Below the pieces are notes generated by a model. That model did no database searches. It was not told the origin of the DNA and saw only the letters and a program-made list of their open reading frames with translations. The position numbers were made by a program, and so were the translations under genes. 64,000 bases of DNA from Heptranchias perlo. Taxonomy: Eukaryota. The stretch is from contig NC_090339.1 of the NCBI RefSeq assembly GCF_035084215.1, forward strand, positions 31,930,001 to 31,994,000. The letters run 5' to 3'. Below are positions 39,044 to 49,507 of this stretch, piece by piece. Every line of letters starts with the position of its first letter. The first letter of the stretch is position 1.

Positions 39044-39380
39044 ATGTGCTGGGTTATGATTTGGAGTCGCCACGTATTCCGTGTCTTGATACTTTTACTG
39101 GAGCTTGTAGCATTGCATGGAGGTGCTGGGGTGAGTGAAGAGCCTGGCGGTAGGGAGGTAAGGGACTTGGGTCCCCTAATCGAGATGTTGGCTGGGAAGG
39201 TCAGCCCCCGCCCTCCGCTGCTCTCTGAACAGAAGGTAGATGATCAACACATGGAATACATGGCCTATCTCTACAAACAGTCGGCAGATCAGGATGGGAA
39301 GCCCAAAACTAACCGGACCATTACGACCAACACCATTCGGCTGGTGAAACCCAGCACGAGTGTCTTGCTCGCCAGCTCAG
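39044..39380 (+). CDS. BMP15: Bone morphogenetic protein 15, exon 1 (signal peptide and start of prodomain)
   Basis: MCWVMIWSRHVFRVLILLLELVALHGGAG signal peptide; MEYMAYLYKQSAD..G.PK..NTIRLVKP prodomain motif; CAG/gtaaat donor, phase 1. Confidence 0.9.
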
Positions 39381-40604
39381 GTAAATCGCCCCCTTTCTCG
39401 AAACTTGGCTTCGAATTCAAAGGAAGCTTTATTTTTTCCTTGCCTTAATCTCACCTTTTTAAATTTCCTTTTGGCGAATTATAATAGCCTAAGTATCATG
39501 GTTACTAGTAAGACTAATATTGTCTTCCGCTTTATATCGGAACTCGTGGTTTTACAGAATCTGAGCGATTTAATTTTGACTTAATCCCACGAACACATTC
39601 TCTTTACAAAAATTATTCAATTTTGCAGCTGATTTTTTTAAGAGATGAATGACCTGTTAAGATTTTTGCTTCCATGCAGTTTTTTAAAAAAAAATTCAAG
39701 TACCCAAACTGAGTTTTGTGTGATAATTACATTTTCGTAAGCAAAAGATTGGCCATTCATACCCAGTTTCCTTTTGCGAGATCGCCTGCATTTGCTCCTT
39801 TTTCTATTGGCACCCTCCCAATAGGATAGTACTCTAATCGCCTTTTTCTTGCTCCTGGCCCAAGCTAAGAACTTGTTCATGTGTTCTACCTCACCTTGGT
39901 ATGTTTAAGCGTACCACTGGTCCTTTTGTAAGGTGGTTAGTGGGAGGGAGTGACTGATTTCGAGCTCTCGGAGGTCACTGCACTACAGACCATCTGAAAT
40001 TGAATTGCAGCTTCATTTTTAATGCAAAATGTATTTTTGAGGATGGCTGTGATGGCTGTGAGCTGACATGGCTTTTATGGAGCTTGCTGTCTGATATCTT
40101 GATCAAGTAGTGGATACTCTAGAGGATTGGGGATGAAGTAGATTTTGAAGCTTCTGGCTTCAATAGTCCATTTAATATCTGGAAGAATGCAGGCATGGTG
40201 GTCATAGTGGCATAAATGTGAAATGCTCAAACAAGTGCTTTGTCCCCTAGGTGTGTTAGACTTTTCTAATTTATACCAATATAAATTACATGCTTGAAAC
40301 AGTATAATTTGGCTTGTATTTTGAATACTAAGTTGAAGTCCATTTCAATAGAGACTGAATAGTTGTGGCTGATTTTATTTTTGTACTTTTTTTAAGAGCT
40401 CAAAAAAATCATAATTTCTGAGCTTCCAGCAAAGAAGCCCATTCTTTGTTTAACCTTGTACTTCTGATTTTAGCTAGACAGGGGCAACATTGCTGGCTCT
40501 TTAAAGTTTCTACTAGAAAGAGAAATTGGAGGGAGAAAAGGAAGAGTAGGGACATTAAATTTATGAATGAATGGTAAAATGCTAATATCTTTTTTTTAAT
40601 GCAG

Positions 40605-41479
40605 GTCCTTGGCATGCCCATCATGTTCAATACAATCTGCACTATCTTCCAGAGCTGGAACATTTGATTAAAGTTGTTGTTGTGTATTTGCACAGCCCTC
40701 TTCCCAATCACTTCCAGGTTTCTTGTGAGATCAAATGTCTCCTTGCAAATTATGTTAACCTAAACTCTATTCAGAATGCCACTGCCATAGAATTGCCAAT
40801 CAGGTTTGTGCTAAAGCTGAATGACCAATGGGCAGAAGCTGACATAACTCCATGTGTCTTCCTCCCAACTGGTAATTCTGTGAAGAAAGTAGATCTACAC
40901 ATCAGTTACAAGTGTGCTGAGCTAGTAAAGGCCAGTCAAAGAACTCTGGACAAAAAAAGGAACTCTGCTGTTCATCTGCAAGTGCCCTCACTGCTGCTGT
41001 ACTTAAATGATACTGATGAGACTGCACATCAAAGAAGGGAGAAACGGGAAAAGCAAATTCCAGAGAGGCCATCCAAATCCCGTGTACTGTCTAGGAAGCC
41101 CCGGCAATTAAGTAACATTGGCTCAGACATTCCGAACTATCTCCATAAGAAAAGTCCTCCAAGGAACAAATGCAAACTCCATTCATTCTGGGTAAGCTTT
41201 GAGCAGCTGGGATGGGATCACTGGATTGTGGCTCCTCACAAGTACAATCCAAAATTTTGCAGGGGAGACTGTCCTAGAATTCTCAACTATGGGTACCACT
41301 CTCCAAACCATGCAATAGTGCAGAATTTTATCAATGAAATTGTTGATAAAAATGTCCCCCGTCCATCTTGTGTCCCCTTGAAATACAGCCCAATTAGTGT
41401 TCTTATGAAGGAGCAGAATGATCACATTGTATACAAGGAGTACAAGGACATGATTGCAGTGTCTTGTACATGCAAATAG
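40605..41479 (+). CDS. BMP15: Bone morphogenetic protein 15, exon 2 (prodomain, RKPR furin site, TGF-beta mature domain)
   Basis: ttttttaatgcag acceptor in phase; PSLLLYLNDT; CKLHSFWVSFEQLGWDHWIVAPHKYNPKFCRGDC...SPNHAIVQ...RPSCVP...CTCK, with Ser replacing the dimerisation Cys; SHROOM4 synteny. Confidence 0.95.
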
Positions 41480-41990
41480 AGACACTTGATCTAGAATTGC
41501 CAACTGACACCATAAATTTGGTAGCCAGTACAGGAAAGAATTATGTGCACTGCAACTTGTTATAAGGTGGTTATCATAAAATGCATGTGGCAGTAAATAA
41601 TTTGAATTGGGCTGGTGTTCATAATGTTACACACTGTATCTTAACCACATCTATTAGGCAGTCATTCCATGACTTGCTGTTGGATTTAAATGCAGTGAAG
41701 GCTTCTTACTCCTTTTGTGTTCTTCCTGCTATCAATTATGGGTAATTTATGTCTGAATTCATAGTGCAATTATAGCACTACAGTATTAACACTTCATTCC
41801 CTTAATAGTAAGAGGGTTTTTAGATGACTATTTGCAGCAGGAAAAAGGCAAAGTGGTGGCCCAAATGTGAAGAACATTCTGCAAAGACAACGAAATGAAG
41901 AAATGACTAATAGACTTAATGTAATAATGAATAATATAACTTCATAGTTTTGTAGTGTGAAGTTGATTGTATTTATAATTGTGATTTGTT

Positions 41991-42064
41991 TGTAAATATT
42001 GCTGAAATTTTCCAGTCATAAATGTTTATGCTAAAACTCATCATTGTCTATCTTTTATATTAAA
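41991..42064 (+). promoter_or_regulatory. BMP15 3' UTR signals: Pumilio element, CPE and ATTAAA poly(A) hexamer
   Basis: TGTAAATA 41991-41998, TTTTAT 42053-42058, ATTAAA 42059-42064; distal AATAAA at 43210-43215. Confidence 0.45.
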
Positions 42065-44949
42065 CTGTCAAGCCTGCTACTCTTGACCCATTCAAATAGA
42101 AATCCTTTCAAGCCAAATGTAAATATAGGCTCATTTTAACTCAACAGAATTAGGAATGCTCCAATAGTTGTTTAACCTGACCTGCAGTAACCTTTTTTAA
42201 GCCATACTGTGGGGAAAATACTATTCCTTCAGTAGCTGAAGTTTCACTTGAGGGTAATCAACAAGGTGGCTCAGGAAGCTCTGATATATAAATTACACAA
42301 GTGAATGTCTGCACCTTCATTGTGGGAAGCCCTTTTTCTAGCTGATCAATGCACAGGATTGAGGAGGGGGTGGGGGGAGGGAAACTCACTTAATGAGCAA
42401 CAGTTTTGTTCATTAGTTCACTGGGAATTATATACAAGTCCAACAATGGAACAGTAAACTTCAACAATTTTAAATAACTAGCTAATGCACATGTTTTTTA
42501 ACCCCCCCAAACTTTTGCATCTTAACTTTTTTTTTCTTTTTTTAAAAGAACTTCCACAGTGCCAAGAGATTGGAACTGGAATAAAATTAATCTTGGCTAC
42601 TGCAGTCCTCAAGGGGTTAACAGAATCTGAAATGTATGCAGGTAGAATTGAAAGCTATATTACAATCTAGAGTCTAAAATGTCCATTCCAGTTTATCTAA
42701 TGTTTTGAATTCCTGTCACCTAGGTTAATCTTGTCTAGATTTGTCATCTTAATGTTACTCAACTTGTTGCTTCATTCTCTTCAAGCAATAGTTGAAGTAT
42801 TTGCAGTACATGCTCAGCTACTAATTTCAATGTACAGGAGATCTCTATGGGGTAAAATGCTGATTTTTGGCTGTTGTACATGTACTGTTTAATCAGTGAA
42901 AGGTCTCCTACTTAAGTTAGTAACTTAAATACAGAAATCCTAAGTGACCAATGCAGTCTGAGTTATTGACTCTTCTGATGTATGTACTTTGTATTCAGCC
43001 TTCCCATTAGATCTAGTCAAACTAGATGTGTAAATTGGGAGGTGGGGTGTTGCATATACTTGTAGACTGACAATGCAAAAATTTTGTCTTTGATGTAAAC
43101 ACCTTTTGTGTAAGCTGTGCAAAAGTACTGTAAATGCTGTAGCTATTAACACTGAAGAGTCTATTGAGCTGACCCTGGTCTTGTACTGTCTTATCTAACT
43201 TGCATACTCAATAAAGAAATGGCTTGAAAACCTTGTGTAAAGCAGAATTGAACTTTAATTGTTCTTGATTTTGAGACTTTGCATCTCCACTGGAGCTGAG
43301 ATTTCAGACTTGGTATGTAAATTCATTATAGAGCAATGTTTGATCCAATTAACCACCCTTTTCAAAATGGTAACAGTATCTAAGTGCTACACAGGCTGTT
43401 GTAATGGAAGGGATAGCTTTTACTGTTTTCCTTGATCATGCAAGAGGGGATATGATTACCCCATTTTGGAAATGTTGTCCTCTAATTGGAGGGAGGGTTC
43501 AACTGTAACTAGGATGTTTGACTCTGCCTAATTTGATTTTTAATTGGGCTAATGTATAATCAATACATATCCACAAGCAACTTGACAAATTTTACAGAAA
43601 TGTAAAATATCAATTTTGTGTCTTGGGCTACATTTTTGTGGGGGAAGAAAAGTGAAACACTTTTTTCCCCTCCTGATTGTAGTTGAGTACACATGAAGCT
43701 AAACCCTTAGACAAGAGCACAGCCACCTTCACCCACTAAGATTCTATGCCTGTCAAAAGAGCTGGGAACAGTTTGGTCAGACCTTGAGCATTCTATTAAC
43801 TTGTAAATGCAATGATTTTGAAGTGCCTATTGCAGCTCATTATGTCCAGTTGAATGCTAACTTGGATAGTCACATGCTTACACTTAACTGAATTGATCTT
43901 AATTTGCTGGAAAATATTTAATACACAAATCCAGGATTTGAATGTAGCCTGCTTTAGTGGTAGCTATGGATATGTGAACCACTGTTCCTATCACAAGATG
44001 GTCTTCAGATTAGGTGCTTGTGTAGTATACATACCTGACAATGTTTGCAGGTTAGCAATTTTTCATGCCCTCACTTCCCTATACATCACAGCTGCCACTT
44101 ATTGAGGCAGATACATTACTTTTTACTTCCTTGGCTAGAGGGCAGTAAGTGGGGTACATGTACCAGATTTTAAAATGCACATGTACACCTGCACTTGGAT
44201 TGTCTCTCATTCCTATTAATGAGTCTGTAAGCCAATTTTTCTCCTTGTTTAGTTGTGATTTGAGTCTGTTTGAATAGTAAACTACCTGAGGTAATTCTTT
44301 TCCCCACTTCCAGCAGTGATATTTTTGGTTTCTTTGACAATCTCTTGCTCCTTTTGGTTGGTGACTGCAATATATTTTGCTTTCAGTGTAGCAGTTACCA
44401 GAAATGACCTTGCACAGTTGATTTTATTGCTTTGCTTTAACATTCACAATTATAGATTATTTTTTCATTGAATGCATAACATTAACTTTTTGAAACATGT
44501 TTCAATGAGGTGTTTCATACCATCCTGGATTTTTGGAAGAGCAATACCAAACCTACTTATTTAGTTTTCTCCACTATGGGTGGAATTGCAACTTCAGTGG
44601 GAAAATAAGGGGAAAAGTCTTCTATAAATAACTGGAGGACAAAAGTTTGAAGTTAAGTGGAAGAACAAAAGTACTTGCATAGCATACTAAATATTGCAAC
44701 ACTAATGAGACCAAAAAATGTAAATGACAAGATTGTGGGAAGACATAACCAGTAGTTACATGATCTGTGCTAAGTACATAAAGAATACTGGCATCTGTAC
44801 ATTTCAGTATTAAGATGGGCATTACCATGCTTAACTTTATAATACATTGCTTCAATAAGTTTGCTGTGTTAGTGGGCAAATCTAGACTGCAGTAAAGCAT
44901 TGGTCAGGTCTTTAATTACCTTGAGAGTGTTGGGGAGGGGAAAGGAGGA

Positions 44950-45690
44950 AGGAAAATTTTCTGTAGCACCAAATTGGGCATAGGAGATTGAAAGATGACC
45001 TAAACAGATTAGAGAATCAGGCAGAGAGAAATGTAGTTCAATGTGCATTTTTGGAATGAGACTACAAATGTATTCTAAATGGTAAAATCTTTAATGGAGG
45101 AACAGATCTTTAGAAGTAGAATTTCAGCTGGAGGAGGGGAAAAAGGCAAATGCTATCCTGGCTTATGTAATTTACTAGTTGATCTAGACCAAATGCAGTT
45201 AGAGGGAAGGGGATAATTGAAGCGGGGTGTGCAGATGTAATTTAGTTATTTTAAAGTCTTGCATTCTGTACTTTGTAATTTATTATGGAAATCTAATAGA
45301 CTTTGTAACTGTCACACTGTAATTACACCTTCCCTCCACTAACTAGAGCAGTAAGTTTACATAAGTAGTTTTGATTAAATGTGGGCATAAGGATTTATAA
45401 TGGAAAAACTGAGACTTTAATTAAAATTTACAATTCAAGTACTATGTGGTGTTTGAGTATCCTGTTATAGAAAGGATATTGGAGTTCTGGAAAAGGTGTA
45501 ATATAGTTCACTTACAATATAAGATTCACCAGTGGTTGAGGAAGATCTAGAAGTCTTCAAAGTTTTGAAAGGATTTGGAAGATTAAACAGACTCTTAACT
45601 TTAGTGAATCAATAACCAGGGTATAAAGTCAGAAATGCTACGTGAAGGGTCAGCAGAATTACTTCATACAAACCTACCACTATAATCAAT
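44950..45690 (+). mobile_element. Highly degenerate CR1 fragment(s)
   Basis: caccaaattggg, aagatgacctaaacagattagag, agaaaggatattggagttctggaaaaggtg and gatctagaagtcttcaaagttttgaaagga remnants. Confidence 0.5.
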
Positions 45691-45787
45691 GTATATATGT
45701 CTTTCTGTGGAGATGCCGGTGATGGACTGGGGTTGACAATTGTAAACAATTTTACAACACCAAGTTATAGTCCAGCAATTTTATTTT

Positions 45788-45832
45788 AAATTCACAAGCT
45801 TTCGGAGGCTACCTCCTTCCTCAGGTAAATTT
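45788..45832 (-). ncRNA. Minimal type I hammerhead ribozyme motif (antisense twin)
   Basis: Reverse strand reads aaatttac-CTGAGGA-a-ggagg-tag-cctcc-GAAA-gc-tt-gtgaattt. Confidence 0.72.
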
Positions 45833-45871
45833 ACCTGACGAAGGAGGAAGCCTCCGAAAGCTTGTGAATTT
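45827..45871 (+). ncRNA. Minimal type I hammerhead ribozyme motif
   Basis: Stem I aaatttac/gtgaattt; core CTGACGA plus an extra A; stem II ggagg-aag-cctcc; GAAA; palindromic AGCT in place of stem III; CUU cleavage triplet. Confidence 0.75.
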
Positions 45872-45989
45872 AAAATAAAATTGCTGGACTATAACTTGGT
45901 GTTGTAAAATTGTTTACAATTGTATGTCTTTCACATAACTTATCAAACGTGCCATTATGCCTAAACAAAAAGTAACTGCTGAACTGCAT

Positions 45990-46340
45990 TGCCCCCTTGA
46001 CCTGGCTCCGCACCTGCTGTCTCTCTCGATCAGGAAGTGGCTATTACTACTGCCGCTGATTGGCTGCGAGGTTCTTGCCTCTACAGGTGAGCAGGACGTC
46101 ACTTCCCGAGAGACGAGACGATAAATAGTTGACCAGGTGAGAATCGGGGAGAGGGAAAACCTCGCGGCTGGTCCGATCAAACCAAAGGGCGAGAAGAGGC
46201 CCGGCGAGCGGACCAAGACCAGGAGGGAGTGCGAGGCTGCGGGCGGGCCCTCAGCCCGCCTCAGAGGAATAAACCTAAATAGAGCGACTGAAGGCCGGAG
46301 TCAGTCCGGGAGGAGCGGACGGGAGCAGGAGGTGTTTCTA
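45990..46340 (+). promoter_or_regulatory. CpG-rich promoter and probable non-coding first exon of the NEK-family gene
   Basis: ETS caggaagt 46031-46038, reverse CCAAT (attgg) 46059-46063, CRE/ETS composite gacgtcacttcc 46095-46106; candidate donor cag/gtgaga near 46137; candidate acceptor tatag near 48315 before the ATG. Confidence 0.65.
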
Positions 46341-46344
46341 CCTC

Positions 46345-47865
46345 CATTCTACCATAAATTCCAGCTCCAGTTTGGCAAGTCCGAAGTCATCATCTTCGGT
46401 CCCTGCCACAAACCCGGTTCCTTCACAGATTGCATACCCTTCCCTGATGCAGCCTCAGGCTGAGTCAGACTATTCCCATACTTCCCTGTAACAGCCTCAG
46501 GCTGAGTCAGACTATTCCCATCCTTCCCTGATGCAGCCTCAGGCTGAGTCAGACTATTCCCATACTTCCCTGTAACAGCCTCAGGCTGAGTCAGACTATT
46601 CCCATACTTCCCTGATGCAGCCTCAGGCTGAGTCAGACTATTCCCATACTTCCCTGTAACAGCCTCAGGCTGAGTCAGACTATTCCCATACTTCCCTGAT
46701 GCAGCCTCAGGCTGAGTCAGACTATTCCCATACTTCCCTGTAACAGCCTCAGGCTGAGTCAGACTATTCCCATCCTTCCCTGATGCAGCCTCAGGCTGAG
46801 TCAGACTATTCCCATCCTTCCCTGATGCAGCCTCAGGCTGAGTCAGACTATTCCCATACTTTCCTGATGCAGCCTCAGGCTGAGTCAGACTATTCCCATA
46901 CATTCCTGATGCATCCTCAGGCTGAGTCAGACTATTCCCATACTTCCCTGTAACAGCCTCAGGCTGAGTCAGACTATTCCCATCCTTCCCTGATGCAGCC
47001 TCAGGCTGAGTCAGACTATTCCCATACTTCCCTGTTACAGCCTCAAACTGAGTCAGACTATTCCCATACTTCCCTGTAACAGCCTCAGGCTGAGTCAGAC
47101 TATTCCCATACTTTCCTGATGCAGCCTCAGGCTGAGTCAGACTATTCCCATACTTCCCTGATGCAGCCTCAGGCTGAGTCAGACTATTCCCATCCTTCCC
47201 TGATGCAGCCTCAGGCTGAGTCAGACTATTCCCATACTTCCCTGTAACAGCCTCAGGCTGAGTCAGACTATTCCCATCCTTCCCTGATGCAGCCTCAGGC
47301 TGAGTCAGACTATTCCCATCCTTCCCTGATGCAGCCTCAGGCTGAGTCAGACTATTCCCATACTTTCCTGATGCAGCCTCAGGCTGAGTCAGACTATTCC
47401 CATACATTCCTGATGCATCCTCAGGCTGAGTCAGACTATTCCCATACTTCCCTGTAACAGCCTCAGGCTGAGTCAGACTATTCCCATCCTTCCCTGATGC
47501 AGCCTCAGGCTGAGTCAGACTATTCCCATACTTCCCTGTTACAGCCTCAAACTGAGTCAGACTATTCCCATACTTCCCTGTAACAGCCTCAGGCTGAGTC
47601 AGACTATTCCCATACTTTCCTGATGCAGCCTCAGGCTGAGTCAGACTATTCCCATACTTCCCTGATGCAGCCTCAGGCTGAGTCAGACTATTCCCATACT
47701 TCCCTGTAACAGCCTCAGGCTGAGCCAGACTATTCCCATACTTTCCTGATGCAGCCTCAGGCTGAGCCAGACTATTCGCATCCTCACTACTTTGTTCTAC
47801 TCTGAATGGAGTTTCAGACCCCGTATTCTCCCCGTCACTAAGATTGCCTATTCCATCTCTGCAAC
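46345..47865 (+). mobile_element. L2 LINE fragment hosting the minisatellite
   Basis: Flanks aagtccgaagtcatcatcttcggtccctgccacaaac and gagtttcagaccccgtattctccccgtcactaagattgcctattcc align with consecutive parts of the L2 at 4436-4640. Confidence 0.75.
46433..47777. repeat. 42-bp minisatellite, 32 units
   Basis: Unit cttccctgatgcagcctcaggctgagtcagactattcccata; units counted from the 14-aa periodicity of the antisense ORF. Confidence 0.97.
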
Positions 47866-48348
47866 TTTGCTTGCCCCTGCTCCTGTACCTGGTTGGGAGA
47901 TATGATGTGGTGGATACTAAGCAGTTTGATCCTCTACAAAAAAAAATTGTAATTTTTTGCTGCAGGTAGGAGAAATTATAAATAATTTTGTAGTACTTAT
48001 CGAGATGACGAGTATGTAAAGATCGAAAGTTGCTTCCCTTCTCCTCTTCTCTTCCCCCCACCGCCCCCAAAAGGAGTATTGACCTTTTAGTCTTTTAATA
48101 AACATCAGGAGCTTGCATGTAGAGGATCACAAATTGCAGTCTGTGCCCTACAGATCAATGGCACTTCACTGTTGGTTTGCCACTGAAATAATTCATGCTA
48201 ACTAACTGAAGAGTAATTGTTAATTAAATAATCATATAAATTACTGTTTCTTCACTGCCTAGTTATGCAAACTGAGCAGAAATAATCTTTGTCATCTGTC
48301 TTTGTGTATATATAGCGCAAACTCTCAACTGTAACTGAACAGAATAAC

Positions 48349-49507
48349 ATGGAGAAGTATGAGAAAATCATGACAATAGGAAGGGGTGCAAGTGCAGAGG
48401 TCCACTTGATGAATAATTTAGAAACAAAAAAGCTGTATGCTGTCAAAAGAATAAAGATTGATTCCTCACTCAAGACTAGAACCAAAGAAGCTGTTATGCA
48501 GGAAGCGACCATTTTGACCAGACTCAAGCACCCTCACATTGTCACTTGTCATGAGTACTTCATTGACCTAGAGGAAGAGTATGTCTTCATAGTGCAAGAT
48601 TATTGTGATGGTGGCACTTTGGATGACTTAATCCAGTCTAAAAAAGAGAAGGGGTATTTTGCTGAGAAGGATATTATGCAGTGGTTTGTTCAGTTAGTTA
48701 TGGCCATTCAGTATATTCACTCCCTGAAAATTCTTCATCGAGATATTAAAACATCCAATGTCTTTCTTACAAAGAAAGGTACAGTTAAACTTGGTGATTT
48801 TGGAATTTCTAAAGTAATGACCCACACTTTGGATATGGCAAGTACCTGTGTTGGCACACCATGCTATTTGAGCCCAGAACTCTGTCAAGATATTCCATAC
48901 AGCTCCAAGTCTGATATCTGGGCACTTGGTTGCCTTTTATTTGAACTTTGTGCTTTGAAACCTGCCTTTCATGCAAGGAACCTAATTAGCTTGTTTTATA
49001 AAATTGTAAAAGGAGAGTATGCCTGTGTACCCAAGAGCTATTCTAAAAACCAGCATAATTTGATCAAAAACATTCTCAACCAGTGCCCTGAAGAAAGGCC
49101 TAGTGCCAGCATTATCCTCAAAATACCTTATGTCCAAGAACATCTCAAGCTCTTCATCAGGGATCAGGAATCTCAGCTTACAAAATATCATTCTCTGAAG
49201 CATCTACACTCTGCCAAGTCGGAGAGTGATGAGCTCACTGGTGACCTACACAAATCTCTGCATCTTTGTGAAGGGGGCATGTGTACTAGGAACATCAAAC
49301 CAGACTCAGCACCACATTGCCTTAGTGATGAAAATGTAGAGGAGGCAGTCTCGGAGGTGTGCGAAAATATGGAGCCCAGTGACGAAGAAGATAAATGTAA
49401 TTACTCTGACGACTTTGATCAGGATAGTTTGTCCTCTGTAGAAGAGGATACAGAGGATGAAATATCAGTACCACCTCCAAGTGTTGAAACCCCTGAAGAG
49501 ACAGAAG
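48349..49507 (+). CDS. nek12: NIMA-related serine/threonine kinase, coding exon 1 (entire kinase domain plus acidic linker); nek12 assignment tentative
   Basis: [62 protein letters not shown] are NEK1/3/4/5-type motifs; GAAG/gtagtt donor, phase 1. Symbol recalled from the fish-annotated gene, not verified. Confidence 0.85.

Larger units (their letters stand above)
45706..45923. mobile_element. Young Penelope-like pseudo-LTR insertion forming a 188-bp palindrome (45736-45923)
   Basis: Arms are reverse complements with two mismatches and no spacer (centre ggtaaa/tttacc); flanked by the direct repeat atgtctttc (45697-45705, 45924-45932). Confidence 0.8.

Noticed and set aside
38978-39448. 156-aa single-exon ORF starting at GTG
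   Set aside because: It is BMP15 exon 1 with upstream extension and intron read-through; ATG 39044 and donor 39381 give a coherent protein.
39044-41479. GDF9 as an alternative identity
   Set aside because: WDHWIVAPH, SPNHAIVQ and the SHROOM4 neighbour fit BMP15 better.
46433-47777. CRISPR-like array
   Set aside because: Units are contiguous with no unique spacers; vertebrate context with no cas genes.
46349-48070. 573-aa repetitive ORF on the minus strand
   Set aside because: By-product of a stop-free 42-bp unit (a multiple of 3) in an antisense L2 fragment; non-ATG start and no domain.
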